From a virus (Duplodnaviria; Caudoviricetes): a stretch of 61,372 bases of DNA. The DNA lies in IMG/VR virus record IMGVR_UViG_3300025030_000109, positions 1-61,372 of that record; one strand, 5' to 3'. The notes under the pieces were generated by a model. The model was given only the letters and a program-made list of their open reading frames with translations. It searched no databases and was not told where the DNA came from. Of the stretch, positions 1 to 8,748 are shown piece after piece; positions within the stretch are counted from its first letter, which is position 1, and each line of letters opens with the position of its first letter. Made by a program: the position numbers and the translations under genes.

Positions 1-741
1 AGAGCGTCCAAATCCCAATTCGGCAAGCCAGTCTATGAACGCTCTTTCCAATACGACAAACGGGTGCAGTCGAACTTACCCATCTATCAAAACCTACCAG
101 TGGTGGTCGGGATCGATGGGGCTCGGAATCCGGCGGCGGCCTTTATGCAACTGGGGCTCGACGGACGACTCCGCAAATTGCGGGAGGTCTGCGGTTTCGA
201 GATGGGGTTCAAGACGTTTATTTCCACACTCATGCAGCCGATGATCAATACCTACTTCAAGAACAATCCGTTGATCTTCGTGGGCGACCCATCCTGGACT
301 CGCCAAAACGAGACCGACGATGGAAGCATCTATAAATTGTTAAAAAAGCTGTATGTTACAGATATGCCGGGGGCGGGGAACGTGGTGAAACCGTCGGAGA
401 CCAACGACCCTGTAAAGCGGATAAACGCGCTGGATGAGCCCTTCAGAAATATGTGGCCCGACGGAGAGCCTGGGGTGATCTATGACCGCGACCACTGCAA
501 GTTGCTTGTGGAGGGCTTGCGGAGTAAGTACCGCTACGTCAGGGTGAAGGGCGCTGAAGGCCGCTACAAGGATGCGCCCGACAAGGGGCATCGCTGCTCT
601 CACATCGTGGACGCAGATCAGTACGGCACCATGTTCATCCTCGGCAAACGGTACAACGCAGCGGAGTATGTCCGAAGCACGTACAATGTGCGGTCGCGAC
701 AGACGACACACAGAGTCGCGGACGGCTACGCAGGATATTGA
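1..741 (+). CDS. terL: Terminase large subunit, C-terminal nuclease part (continues from 60518 across the circular join)
   Basis: Frame continuous with the 60518-end ORF through the terminal overlap; RNase H-like motifs VVGIDG, GDPS, HIVDADQY; portal follows. Confidence 0.9.
   Translation, partial: RASKSQFGKPVYERSFQYDKRVQSNLPIYQNLPVVVGIDGARNPAAAFMQLGLDGRLRKLREVCGFEMGFKTFISTLMQPMINTYFKNNPLIFVGDPSWTRQNETDDGSIYKLLKKLYVTDMPGAGNVVKPSETNDPVKRINALDEPFRNMWPDGEPGVIYDRDHCKLLVEGLRSKYRYVRVKGAEGRYKDAPDKGHRCSHIVDADQYGTMFILGKRYNAAEYVRSTYNVRSRQTTHRVADGYAGY
7..132. repeat. 126-bp terminal direct repeat (copy 1), probably an assembly circularisation overlap
   Basis: Identical to 61247-61372. Confidence 0.95.
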
Positions 742-756
742 ATCTAAGGAGGCATC

Positions 757-873
757 ATGCTGATCAGGATCAGCACGAAAACGAGTTCGGTCGAGATGAC
801 CTTTGGGGTCTTTTGTATCATTACAGGCGTGACCGGAATGATCGGTGTTGCGCTTTGGAGGTGGTTCGCATGA
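757..873 (+). CDS. 38-aa single-TM membrane peptide
   Basis: AAGGAGG RBS, ATG 757, MLIRISTKTSSVEMTFGVFCIITGVTGMIGVALWRWFA; TGA overlaps portal ATG (ATGA). Confidence 0.6.
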   Translation: MLIRISTKTSSVEMTFGVFCIITGVTGMIGVALWRWFA

Positions 874-2981
874 TCGTCCTCAACAAGGAAAAATTGCAGG
901 CCCTAGGCATCACGCTGCGCGGCCGGTTCGGAACCTTCGAGTCGGAGCGCCGCGAGCTGGAGATCCAGTGGCTGAAGAACCTGCGCCAGTACAAGGCGGT
1001 CTACGATGCCGATGTGAAGAAGCTCCTGGAGGGCCGTTCCCAGGTCTACCCCAAGGACACCCACACGAAGATCGTGGGCTGGACCGCCAAGATGATGGAG
1101 ATGATGTTCCCGGCGCAGGAGAAGAACTGGGATCTGGAGCCGACCCCGTTCCCCAACATCGCCATCCAGGACCTGCGGAATATCATCACGACCCTGGAGC
1201 AACAGCAGGTCGCGGTCGCGCAGCAGGCAGATCCGCCGGCGCAGCCTGAGCCGGTCACCTCCGAGATGATCGAGGAGGGGGTCAAGGCCTTCGCCAAGCA
1301 GTGCGCCGAGCGCATGGTGCTGGAGATGGAGGACCAGCTGGCCGACTCCAAGCTGGACTATCCGGAACTATGCAAGAAGGTGGTCAGGCGGGGCGGCATC
1401 TACGGTTTCGGCGTGGCCGAGGGGCCGCTGGTCTACTCGACCAGCTCCCGGGAGTGGCGGCCGGACCCGAGCGGCATGTTCGCCGCAGTCTCCACAACCA
1501 TCCAGCGCCCCTACTACGAGCCGCTCCAGGCGTGGGACGTCTACCCCGACCTGACGGCGAAACGGTGGGAGGACCAGAGCGGCCTCTTCGTCCGGAAGGT
1601 GATGCCGAAGCACACCCTCTCCAAGCTGATCGACGACGAGAACTTCATCGGCGCCGAGATCGCTGAGTACCTGAGCAACTCACAGGGCGGGAACTACAAG
1701 ATCCGCAGCTACGAGAGCGAGTTGAACGAGATCAAGCACCTCAGCCAGAACCAGCCCAACCTGAGTCGGCAGTACGAGATCATCCGCTATTACGGCTTCC
1801 TCTCCGCCCGGGAACTGCGGGACATCGGCGTATCGATCCCCGACTCGGCGATCGGCAAGGACATCCTGGCAGACGTGTGGCTGCTGGATGATACAGTCAT
1901 AAAGGCGGACACAGCGCCCTTCGGAGAGAAGGTCTCCGACATGTTCCACGTCTTCATCCCTGAGGAGGACGAGGACGGCCCGCTCACCGGCACGGCCAAG
2001 GTGGAGACCCTGCGCGACTCGCAGATGAAGCTCTGCGCCATCGACCGCTGCACCATGGACAACATGGCGTCCTCCTGCCGGCCGATCGTGGAGGTGAACG
2101 ATGACCTGCTGCTCCCCGAGAGTCAGGGCCAGGCGATAACAGGGGGCATGACGGTCCACCGGAGCGGCGAGGGGTCGGAGGCGAACTACCCGGCCGTTCG
2201 CTCCATCGACATCCCCTCGCACATCCCCGAGCTTCTGGAGCTGCGCCGCACGGTCCTTGAGGTCTTCGACGTGGAGTCGAACCTCCCGTCGTGGCGCATG
2301 GGGGATGCGAAGCCGCTGGGCGAGGCGTTCAGGACCTCGAACAACATGTCCATGATGGCATCCGGCGGCGATATGGTGACCAAGGACGACGTGCGCTCCT
2401 TCGACCGCTTCGTGAAGTCGCTGATCGGGTCCCTGGTTGCCTGGAACATGGAGTTCAACACCAAGACCGACATCAAGGGCGACTACGCCGTGATGCCTAA
2501 GGGGAACCTGTCCCTGGTGGCGAAGGAGGTCCGGGGCGCCGCATTGGCGCAGCTGAAGACCACGCTCACCCCGAGGCAGATGGTGCTCATCAACGAGGAC
2601 CAGTTCCTGATCGAGGAGTTCCTCTCCCGCGACCTGCCCAGACGGCTTGTGAAGACCGGCAAGGAGGCGCAGGCGGCACTGGACGCTTTCGACCAGCAGC
2701 AGGCGCAGGCGGCGCAGATCCAGCAGGGGCTGGACCAGAGCAAGACCATGAAGCAGACCGCCGACGCGCAGAAGGCCACGGCCTCTGCCGAGGAGACCGC
2801 AGCCATGGTCGAGGCCAAGGTGCAGGAGAAACTGTCGATCATAGCCAAGAACTTGGCGGGAGCCAAAGGAGTCAAGGATGGAGCAGCTTTACAGGCAATC
2901 AAGTTACTTTTTGATGCGTCAAAACCTGCGGGAAAGGGAGCAGCAACTGGCAAAGCAGCTGCGGGAGCGGCTGCCAAGTAG
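870..2981 (+). CDS. Portal protein
   Basis: ~700 aa directly after terL; GGAGGT RBS before ATG 870; P22/N4-like portal size with Q/A-rich helical C-terminus. Confidence 0.85.
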   Translation: MIVLNKEKLQALGITLRGRFGTFESERRELEIQWLKNLRQYKAVYDADVKKLLEGRSQVYPKDTHTKIVGWTAKMMEMMFPAQEKNWDLEPTPFPNIAIQDLRNIITTLEQQQVAVAQQADPPAQPEPVTSEMIEEGVKAFAKQCAERMVLEMEDQLADSKLDYPELCKKVVRRGGIYGFGVAEGPLVYSTSSREWRPDPSGMFAAVSTTIQRPYYEPLQAWDVYPDLTAKRWEDQSGLFVRKVMPKHTLSKLIDDENFIGAEIAEYLSNSQGGNYKIRSYESELNEIKHLSQNQPNLSRQYEIIRYYGFLSARELRDIGVSIPDSAIGKDILADVWLLDDTVIKADTAPFGEKVSDMFHVFIPEEDEDGPLTGTAKVETLRDSQMKLCAIDRCTMDNMASSCRPIVEVNDDLLLPESQGQAITGGMTVHRSGEGSEANYPAVRSIDIPSHIPELLELRRTVLEVFDVESNLPSWRMGDAKPLGEAFRTSNNMSMMASGGDMVTKDDVRSFDRFVKSLIGSLVAWNMEFNTKTDIKGDYAVMPKGNLSLVAKEVRGAALAQLKTTLTPRQMVLINEDQFLIEEFLSRDLPRRLVKTGKEAQAALDAFDQQQAQAAQIQQGLDQSKTMKQTADAQKATASAEETAAMVEAKVQEKLSIIAKNLAGAKGVKDGAALQAIKLLFDASKPAGKGAATGKAAAGAAAK

Positions 2982-3135
2982 CGACATCGGTGAGGCGCTC
3001 TTCGAGCTCCTGGCGATCCGCCGCGAGAACGCCAAGGAGTCCTTGACCAAAGAGGGCGGCGATATGGATCGGGGCAAGGCCCTCGCGCTGAAGGAACTCC
3101 TTGATTTATTTGCGCCTACCACCCCGAAAAAGTAA
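2914..3135 (+). CDS. Small hypothetical head-module protein
   Basis: ORF overlapping portal 3' end; typical position between portal and scaffold. Confidence 0.55.
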   Translation: MRQNLREREQQLAKQLRERLPSSDIGEALFELLAIRRENAKESLTKEGGDMDRGKALALKELLDLFAPTTPKK

Positions 3136-3143
3136 TTATTTAC

Positions 3144-3173
3144 TTGACTTACTCAGTGAGTGCATTATACACT
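3144..3173 (+). promoter_or_regulatory. Putative promoter with palindromic ACTCAGTGAGT site in the spacer
   Basis: TTGACT 3144-3149, TATACA/TACACT at 16/18 bp spacing, AT-rich gap; palindrome 3151-3161. Confidence 0.55.
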
Positions 3174-3225
3174 CACCCGCAATTACTTTATTAACACACT
3201 TTTACTCACTTGGGAGGGCGCAGCG

Positions 3226-4149
3226 ATGGAAGGGGACGGCCTGGAGACTTCGGTAACCGAGTTGCTGGACGACGATGTGTTCGGTGCAGCGTTCGACTCC
3301 TACGTGGAGCCGGGGGAGAAGACTGAACCCGAGGCGAAGGTCGACGAGGCCGGAGAAGCGAAGGCTGCCGAGGAAGCGAAGGTCGCTGAAGAAGCCAAGG
3401 CTGCAGAAGAGGCGAAGGCCGCAGAAGAGGCCAAAGCGGCATCCGAAGCCGAAGCGAAAGCCGCAGAAGAAGCAGAAGAAGCAGCGAAAGCCGCGCCCCC
3501 CACGCCTGCGACCGCCGCAGACATCGCTAAGGCAATCGCCGAGGCCCTGAAACCCGCAGCACCCACGAAGGACGAGCCCGCAGCTGCGGAAGACGACTCG
3601 GACGAGGTGAAGGCTGCGCTCGCGGATCTGGAGAAGAACTGGTCGACGCACGCCACAGCGATCGGCGCGCTCCTCAAGCGGGAGCGCCAGGCGGTGACGA
3701 AGGAGCTACGAGCCGAGTTCGCCAAGATTCTGGAGCCGCTCCAGGCGCAGATCACACCGGTGGTGGCCCACACAGCGGCGCAGGCGCAGGCACAGTTCGA
3801 GACCGCCCTGAAGACGGCCCACGCAGACGCCTACGAGATCATCCCCGCAGTCGAGGCGTGGATCGAGAAGCAGCCCAAGTATATGCAGGTCGGCTACAAC
3901 AATGCGCTGGACAACGGCACCGCAGCGGAAGTAGCCGAGGTGCTCACGGCGTTCAAGACGGCAACGGGCGTGACCAAGGTCGAGGACCCCGCCGCGAAAG
4001 CGGCCGCCGATAAGGCCGAGGCCGAGCGTCTCGCCAAACTGAAGAAAATGGAACAGCCCACGACCACGCGCACCTCCGTCACCGCCGAGGCTGACCCGCA
4101 GGATTACGACGCTGCGTGGGACCAGGCATCCAAGAAAGTGGCGGCGTAG
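3226..4149 (+). CDS. Capsid scaffolding protein
   Basis: Acidic, Ala/Glu/Lys-rich with EEAKAA repeats; upstream of MCP; GGGAGGG RBS. Confidence 0.7.
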   Translation: MEGDGLETSVTELLDDDVFGAAFDSYVEPGEKTEPEAKVDEAGEAKAAEEAKVAEEAKAAEEAKAAEEAKAASEAEAKAAEEAEEAAKAAPPTPATAADIAKAIAEALKPAAPTKDEPAAAEDDSDEVKAALADLEKNWSTHATAIGALLKRERQAVTKELRAEFAKILEPLQAQITPVVAHTAAQAQAQFETALKTAHADAYEIIPAVEAWIEKQPKYMQVGYNNALDNGTAAEVAEVLTAFKTATGVTKVEDPAAKAAADKAEAERLAKLKKMEQPTTTRTSVTAEADPQDYDAAWDQASKKVAA

Positions 4150-4189
4150 GTTCTAGCGGACCTCCGGCTACGCCTAAAGGACAAAGACA

Positions 4190-4399
4190 ATGACCCAAGC
4201 CGATCTCGACAACAGGTTCAGATACCACGCACCGAAAGCAGGGCAACCGGAGAAGTACACGGCGATCCGCGACAAAGCGAAAGAACTGGCAGAACTCATC
4301 AACAGGCTTTGCCCTGAGAGCCGTGAGAAATCTCTGGCGATCACCAGTCTGGAAGAGAGCTCCATGTGGGCGAACGCAAGTATCGCCCGTAACGAATAA
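4190..4399 (+). CDS. Acb2/Tad1-like helical-hairpin protein (putative cyclic-nucleotide sponge, anti-defence)
   Basis: FRYHAP...CPESREKSLAITSLEESSMWANASIARNE matches the RExxLAxTxLEExxMW hairpin signature as I recall it. Confidence 0.65.
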   Translation: MTQADLDNRFRYHAPKAGQPEKYTAIRDKAKELAELINRLCPESREKSLAITSLEESSMWANASIARNE

Positions 4400-4468
4400 A
4401 CAAACCCCGCTCCGCCGGGGAAATCTCAGCAGGACCTTTGAGGGAGAACACCCTCCAGGAGGTAGCAC

Positions 4469-5464
4469 ATGGGCCTTAACGTGTATGGCGATATATCGCC
4501 GGCGGTCGCGGGGTTTGTCAATCCCCAGTTTCTGATGAGAGCGCTCCCTTACCTGGTACTGGAAAAGTACCTGGATATGAAGCCGCTCCCTTCCAACAAC
4601 ACCAAAGTGGCGATCTTCCGTCGCTACGAAGCCCTCGCCAAGGCGATCACGCCGCTGGTCGAGGGGGTCACGCCTCAGGGCAAGTCCATGAGCAAGACGG
4701 ACATCCAGGTCACCCTGCAGCAGTACGGCGACTTCGTACAGCTCACCGACCAGATCGCCGACCTGCACACGGACAACGTGCTCCAGGAGTACGTCACCAT
4801 CACCGCCGAGCAGTGCGCTCAGACCCTTGAGACCCTGCGCTACAACGTCCTGAAGGCCGGCACCAACGTCTTCTACGCCAACGGCACGGCCCGCACCGAC
4901 GTCAACACCGCAGTCACCCTGACCCTGCAGCGCAAGGTCACCAGGGCGTTCAAGCGGCAGAACGTGGGCTACATCACCAGCCAGACCGCATCCACCCCGA
5001 ACTACGGCACCGTGGCTGTCCGCGCCGGCTACATCGGCCTGATCCACCCGGACTGCGAGAACGACGTGCGCGCCATGTCCGGTTTCAAGGATGCCGTGGA
5101 CTACGGCGCCAAGGTCCCGGTCGATTCCTTCGAGATCGGCTCCGTGGAGGATGTGCGTTACATCCGCTCCACCATCTTCGAGTCCTTCGCCGACGGCGGG
5201 GGCAACAAGGGGAACATGGTCTCCACGACCGGCGTGAAGGCCGACGTCTACCCGATCATCTACCTGGGCGCGCACTTCGCCGCCTCGGTTCCGCTGAAAG
5301 GCAAGGGCGCGGTCACCGCCCCCATCGTCCGCAACCCCGGCACCATCTCCGACTCCGACAAGCTGGGGCAGCGCGGCCACGTGGGCTGGAAAGCGTACTT
5401 CGGGGCTATCATCCTGAATCAACTTTTCGGAGCACGTCTTGAGTGTGCTGCGTCTGACCTTTAG
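4469..5464 (+). CDS. Major capsid protein, N4-gp56 family
   Basis: YGDISP, LPxNxTKxxxFRRY, LxQYGDF, DxLGQRGxVGWK motifs; AGGAGG RBS; strong codon bias. Confidence 0.9.
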   Translation: MGLNVYGDISPAVAGFVNPQFLMRALPYLVLEKYLDMKPLPSNNTKVAIFRRYEALAKAITPLVEGVTPQGKSMSKTDIQVTLQQYGDFVQLTDQIADLHTDNVLQEYVTITAEQCAQTLETLRYNVLKAGTNVFYANGTARTDVNTAVTLTLQRKVTRAFKRQNVGYITSQTASTPNYGTVAVRAGYIGLIHPDCENDVRAMSGFKDAVDYGAKVPVDSFEIGSVEDVRYIRSTIFESFADGGGNKGNMVSTTGVKADVYPIIYLGAHFAASVPLKGKGAVTAPIVRNPGTISDSDKLGQRGHVGWKAYFGAIILNQLFGARLECAASDL

Positions 5465-5492
5465 GTAAGTAGCTGATCTTTGACAATTAGGC

Positions 5493-5522
5493 TTGACAAG
5501 TTCTGCACCAGCCCTGTATGAT
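5493..5522 (+). promoter_or_regulatory. Sigma70-like promoter for the HNH gene
   Basis: TTGACA-N18-TATGAT. Confidence 0.6.
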
Positions 5523-5549
5523 GCCCTTACCTCAAAGGAGGGTATCCAA

Positions 5550-6146
5550 ATGGCTACGTTTAAAGGTGCAGAACTTGTCTGCCAAGTCTGTGGTGCGAAG
5601 TTCAAAGTCCCAACATGTCGAGCGAAGACTGCTACAACCTGCTCGCACGAGTGCTCAGTCACATATAGGGCGTCAGGACTCATGCGCGATCTAGTGCCGT
5701 ACACCTGCCAAGGGTGCGGCATTACAAAGTTCACACACAAGAGTCACGCTTCTGTGAGAGTGTACTGCTCCAACAGGTGCAAGCATGCGCACGCAGGAGC
5801 GCTCGCACGAGGCAAGGGGTTAAGTAAGGGTGAGAATAACGGCATGTGGCGAGGAGGTTTGACACTGCACCCCGATGGTTATATCTATGAAAATAGCTAT
5901 AATCACCCGTTCAGCAGCGACAACAGGGTCCTGCAGCACCGCTTGGTGGTAGAGCGCCATCTCCGAGAAACCAACCCGGATTCCGCGTGTCTGGTGACAA
6001 TCGGAGACAACCGGTACCTCAACCCTGAACTCGTGGTCCACCACAAAGACTTAGACCGAAAGAACAACAAGCTCGACAACCTGCAAGTCATGACGAATGC
6101 AGACCATCAAGCGCTCCATAACCGCCTTCGGGCGAAAACGAAATAA
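5550..6146 (+). CDS. Free-standing HNH homing endonuclease with N-terminal Cys-rich zinc fingers
   Basis: CxxC repeats, HRLV, VHHKDLDRKNNKLDNL; AAGGAGG RBS; more AT-rich than flanks. Confidence 0.85.
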   Translation: MATFKGAELVCQVCGAKFKVPTCRAKTATTCSHECSVTYRASGLMRDLVPYTCQGCGITKFTHKSHASVRVYCSNRCKHAHAGALARGKGLSKGENNGMWRGGLTLHPDGYIYENSYNHPFSSDNRVLQHRLVVERHLRETNPDSACLVTIGDNRYLNPELVVHHKDLDRKNNKLDNLQVMTNADHQALHNRLRAKTK

Positions 6147-6158
6147 CAGGAGGTTCAC

Positions 6159-6602
6159 ATGCTCATATCTCTCAAAAGCATCACCAGCGCCGTCCAGCGT
6201 ATGCTCTTCGGCACCCGCGCCTTCACTTCCGGCGTACTCGCTCTGGGTACCACCAAGTCCAAGATCCAGACCACCGCCGCTATCAGCTACTGCATCGACG
6301 GCATCATGTATACCAAGGCCGCCACCGACGACCTCTTCGTCTTCACCGACGTCACGGTCCAGCCGATCTCGACCACGCGCTACTACCTGCTGGGTCTGAC
6401 CACTACGGGGGCTTCCTCGGTCACCACCGGCACCGCGACCGAGCTCCCCGACTGCCCTGCGGGGGTCTGCCCAGTGGGTTACGTCAAGGTCGTGACCTCG
6501 GCCGCCGGCACCTTCATCCCCGGCACCACGCTGCTTGATGCCGCCCAGATCACCGAGACCTACGTGAACCTCTCCTGCGCACCCGCAGCAGCGCTCGCAT
6601 AA
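6159..6602 (+). CDS. Putative capsid decoration/minor head protein
   Basis: Thr/Ala/Gly-rich beta-type 147 aa downstream of MCP with MCP-like codon bias. Confidence 0.55.
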   Translation: MLISLKSITSAVQRMLFGTRAFTSGVLALGTTKSKIQTTAAISYCIDGIMYTKAATDDLFVFTDVTVQPISTTRYYLLGLTTTGASSVTTGTATELPDCPAGVCPVGYVKVVTSAAGTFIPGTTLLDAAQITETYVNLSCAPAAALA

Positions 6603-6628
6603 GCACACAGACAAAAGGAGCATCATCT

Positions 6629-7039
6629 ATGAAAACTATCTCCTATCTGCTTGTTCTGCTCCTGCTCGGGGCCGTCGCCGTGTTTGCCGGCGGGGCTTCC
6701 AGCGGGACCACCATGACCGACGCGAACCTGAAGCCCACCTCGACCATCGGCCTGGACACCGCCAAGACCGTGACCACCACCGTGACCGGCACCAAGGTAG
6801 CTTTCAGCGACGTGACCCTCGTCTCGGGGACCCACCAGCTCCAGGTCAACTGCGTCAACGCTGTAACCGGGGCCGCCTCGGCTGCACGCCTCAAGATCAA
6901 CAACGCTGGAACCGAGATCCCGCTCAACGGGCTCACGCCGCCCTTCGTGGTGCCGAGCGGGGTTACCTCCCTGGCGTTCACCAAGTATTCGACAGGCACG
7001 GCGACCGACTCGGTGAAGTGTACCGCCTATGGGAACTGA
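6629..7039 (+). CDS. Thr-rich protein with N-terminal signal peptide
   Basis: MKTISYLLVLLLLGAVAVFA; AAGGAG RBS; last gene before terminator. Confidence 0.65.
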   Translation: MKTISYLLVLLLLGAVAVFAGGASSGTTMTDANLKPTSTIGLDTAKTVTTTVTGTKVAFSDVTLVSGTHQLQVNCVNAVTGAASAARLKINNAGTEIPLNGLTPPFVVPSGVTSLAFTKYSTGTATDSVKCTAYGN

Positions 7040-7058
7040 CTAGGATTCATCGGACGTT

Positions 7059-7088
7059 GCCCCGCACTCAAAAGGTGCGGGGCTTTTT
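7059..7088 (+). terminator. Rho-independent terminator of the capsid operon
   Basis: GCCCCGCAC-7nt-GTGCGGGGC followed by TTTTT. Confidence 0.85.
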
Positions 7089-7113
7089 CAGTATCTAAGA
7101 TCGGGGAGGCGCT

Positions 7114-7395
7114 ATGTACATGAGCCGAATGTTGGAAGTGGGCAAGGCCGAAAACGGTTTCGTAGTCGAGTGCCGCTGCAAGATAAAGCCCGCGCAGAAG
7201 GCGGCGAACAAGGATCTGTGCTGCGGCTACCCCGGCTCCAGCGAGAAGCAGTACATCGCCAAGGATGCGAAAGAGGTAGGCGAACTCATAGCGAAGCTCA
7301 TGCCGATGCTGGAGGAGGAGTACGACTCCGAGAAGGCTTTCGACAAGGCGTTCGACGATGCCGCGATGGGTATGAGCGAAAAGGGGAAAAGCTAA
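7114..7395 (+). CDS. Hypothetical protein
   Basis: GGAGG RBS; TAATG coupling to next gene. Confidence 0.7.
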   Translation: MYMSRMLEVGKAENGFVVECRCKIKPAQKAANKDLCCGYPGSSEKQYIAKDAKEVGELIAKLMPMLEEEYDSEKAFDKAFDDAAMGMSEKGKS

Positions 7396-7733
7396 TGGCG
7401 AGAAAGAAGAGAGAGGTCGTTGAACCCTCCGGAATCACCGTCGAGCAGCACCTGAAGAATCTGGGTCTGCTGTCCGAGGCTCCCGAGGCTCCCGAGGCTC
7501 CCGAGGCTCCCGAGGCTCCTGAGGCTCCCGAGGCTCCCGAGGCTCCCGAGGCTCCCGAGGCTCCCGAGGCTCCCGAGGCTCCCGAGGCTCCCGATGAGAC
7601 TTTCGAGGTCTCCCTCTTCGACACCACCCCGGTCTCGATCAACGGCGCGCTTGTCCATCTCCCTCGCGGGACGCAGAAGGTATCCAAGCAGATCTACAAC
7701 ATCCTCCGGGATGCAAATCTCATCAGCACCTAA
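7395..7733 (+). CDS. Hypothetical protein with (EAP)13 linker
   Basis: ATG 7395 coupled to upstream stop; repeat in frame. Confidence 0.7.
   Translation: MARKKREVVEPSGITVEQHLKNLGLLSEAPEAPEAPEAPEAPEAPEAPEAPEAPEAPEAPEAPEAPDETFEVSLFDTTPVSINGALVHLPRGTQKVSKQIYNILRDANLIST
7476..7592 (+). repeat. Tandem repeat (GAGGCTCCC)x13
   Basis: 13 units of 9 bp, one synonymous variant (GAGGCTCCT). Confidence 0.95.
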
Positions 7734-7745
7734 AAGGAGACACCG

Positions 7746-8108
7746 ATGGAAGGCTTGAACCTGGACCTTGACGCGCTTACCCCGACTGCGGCACCTGCCG
7801 CGCAGAAGCTCCACAAAGGCAAGATCGAGTACGCCCCGCCCTTCTACACCATCAACGTCCAGCATGTCGAGCACATGCCGGAGTACGAGGTGATCGGGGT
7901 GAACGGCGAGGTGATCCAGGTCACCCGAGGCATCGACGTCCCGAACATCCCGCAGGCATTCATCAACGTGCTGCGCCAGGCGGTCACCTCCAAGCTCTTC
8001 ACCGTCAAGAAGCCGGACGGCTCCGAGGAGCACGAGTGGCGCCCGGTCAACGCGATCCCCTTCAGCGTGATCGAGGGGCCGTATCAGGTGAGGAAGACCG
8101 ATGACTAG
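7746..8108 (+). CDS. Hypothetical virion-module protein
   Basis: AAGGAG RBS; position in structural operon. Confidence 0.7.
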   Translation: MEGLNLDLDALTPTAAPAAQKLHKGKIEYAPPFYTINVQHVEHMPEYEVIGVNGEVIQVTRGIDVPNIPQAFINVLRQAVTSKLFTVKKPDGSEEHEWRPVNAIPFSVIEGPYQVRKTDD

Positions 8109-8739
8109 AGCCGAGATCCTTGCAGAACTGAGAGAGATGGTCAGCGACACCCGAGCCCCCTACGGCTGGTCCGACGTTCGCCTGATGAACTTCCTGTCCC
8201 TCGGGCAGACCCAGTTCTGCAAGGACACCGGTTTCTTCCGCGACTCCACCAACTACACGCTCACCACCGAGGTGGGGGTCTCGACCTACCTCCTCGACTC
8301 CGAGGTCATCAAGGTTCTCGCCCTGTCCTATGCTGGATCGACGCTCACCGAGGACGTGCGCTCCTCGCTCTTCGACTCCGCCTGCACCCCGTTCGCCTAC
8401 CGCACCGATCTGGACACCCAGAGCCTCACGCTCCTGGCGCCGGCAGATGCAGTCTACACCCTCGACATGGTGGTGTGGCGCTCGGCCCGGGTCCCGTTCA
8501 ACCACAAGAACGGCAACAGCTACGACGGCGCGCTGGAGATCCCCGAGGACTTCCACCTCGCCCCTGTCGAGTATGCGGCCTACAAGTGCTTCGGCGATCA
8601 CGACCGCGAGCGGCAGGACCCTGTGAAGGCTGCGGACCACCTGGCGAACTTCAAGCGCTACACCGTCGAAGGTAAGCGCGCCTTCCGCCGCTTCACCAGC
8701 TCCAGAGGCTTTGAGCCGAACCCCACCTACCTCGTCTAG
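8101..8739 (+). CDS. Head-tail adaptor protein
   Basis: Helical N-terminus with WSDxxL, EIPEDFHLAPVEYAAYK motif; 212 aa before tail gene. Confidence 0.65.
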   Translation: MTRAEILAELREMVSDTRAPYGWSDVRLMNFLSLGQTQFCKDTGFFRDSTNYTLTTEVGVSTYLLDSEVIKVLALSYAGSTLTEDVRSSLFDSACTPFAYRTDLDTQSLTLLAPADAVYTLDMVVWRSARVPFNHKNGNSYDGALEIPEDFHLAPVEYAAYKCFGDHDRERQDPVKAADHLANFKRYTVEGKRAFRRFTSSRGFEPNPTYLV

Positions 8740-8748
8740 GAGTACCGC

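Noticed and set aside
738-869. ORF-track N-terminal extension of the portal
   Set aside because: Region is better explained by the 757-873 gene; RBS supports ATG 870
4079-5740. Long antisense or alternate-frame ORFs (e.g. 4079-5740, 11417-13177, 23875-25383, 33836-35326, 45362-46699)
   Set aside because: Shadows of high-GC3 genes with no motifs or RBS, unlike the 44290-45111 nested ORF which has family motifs and an SD
7476-7592. Possible CRISPR array
   Set aside because: Contiguous 9-bp units with no spacers; the Cas4-like gene is a solo replication-module nuclease
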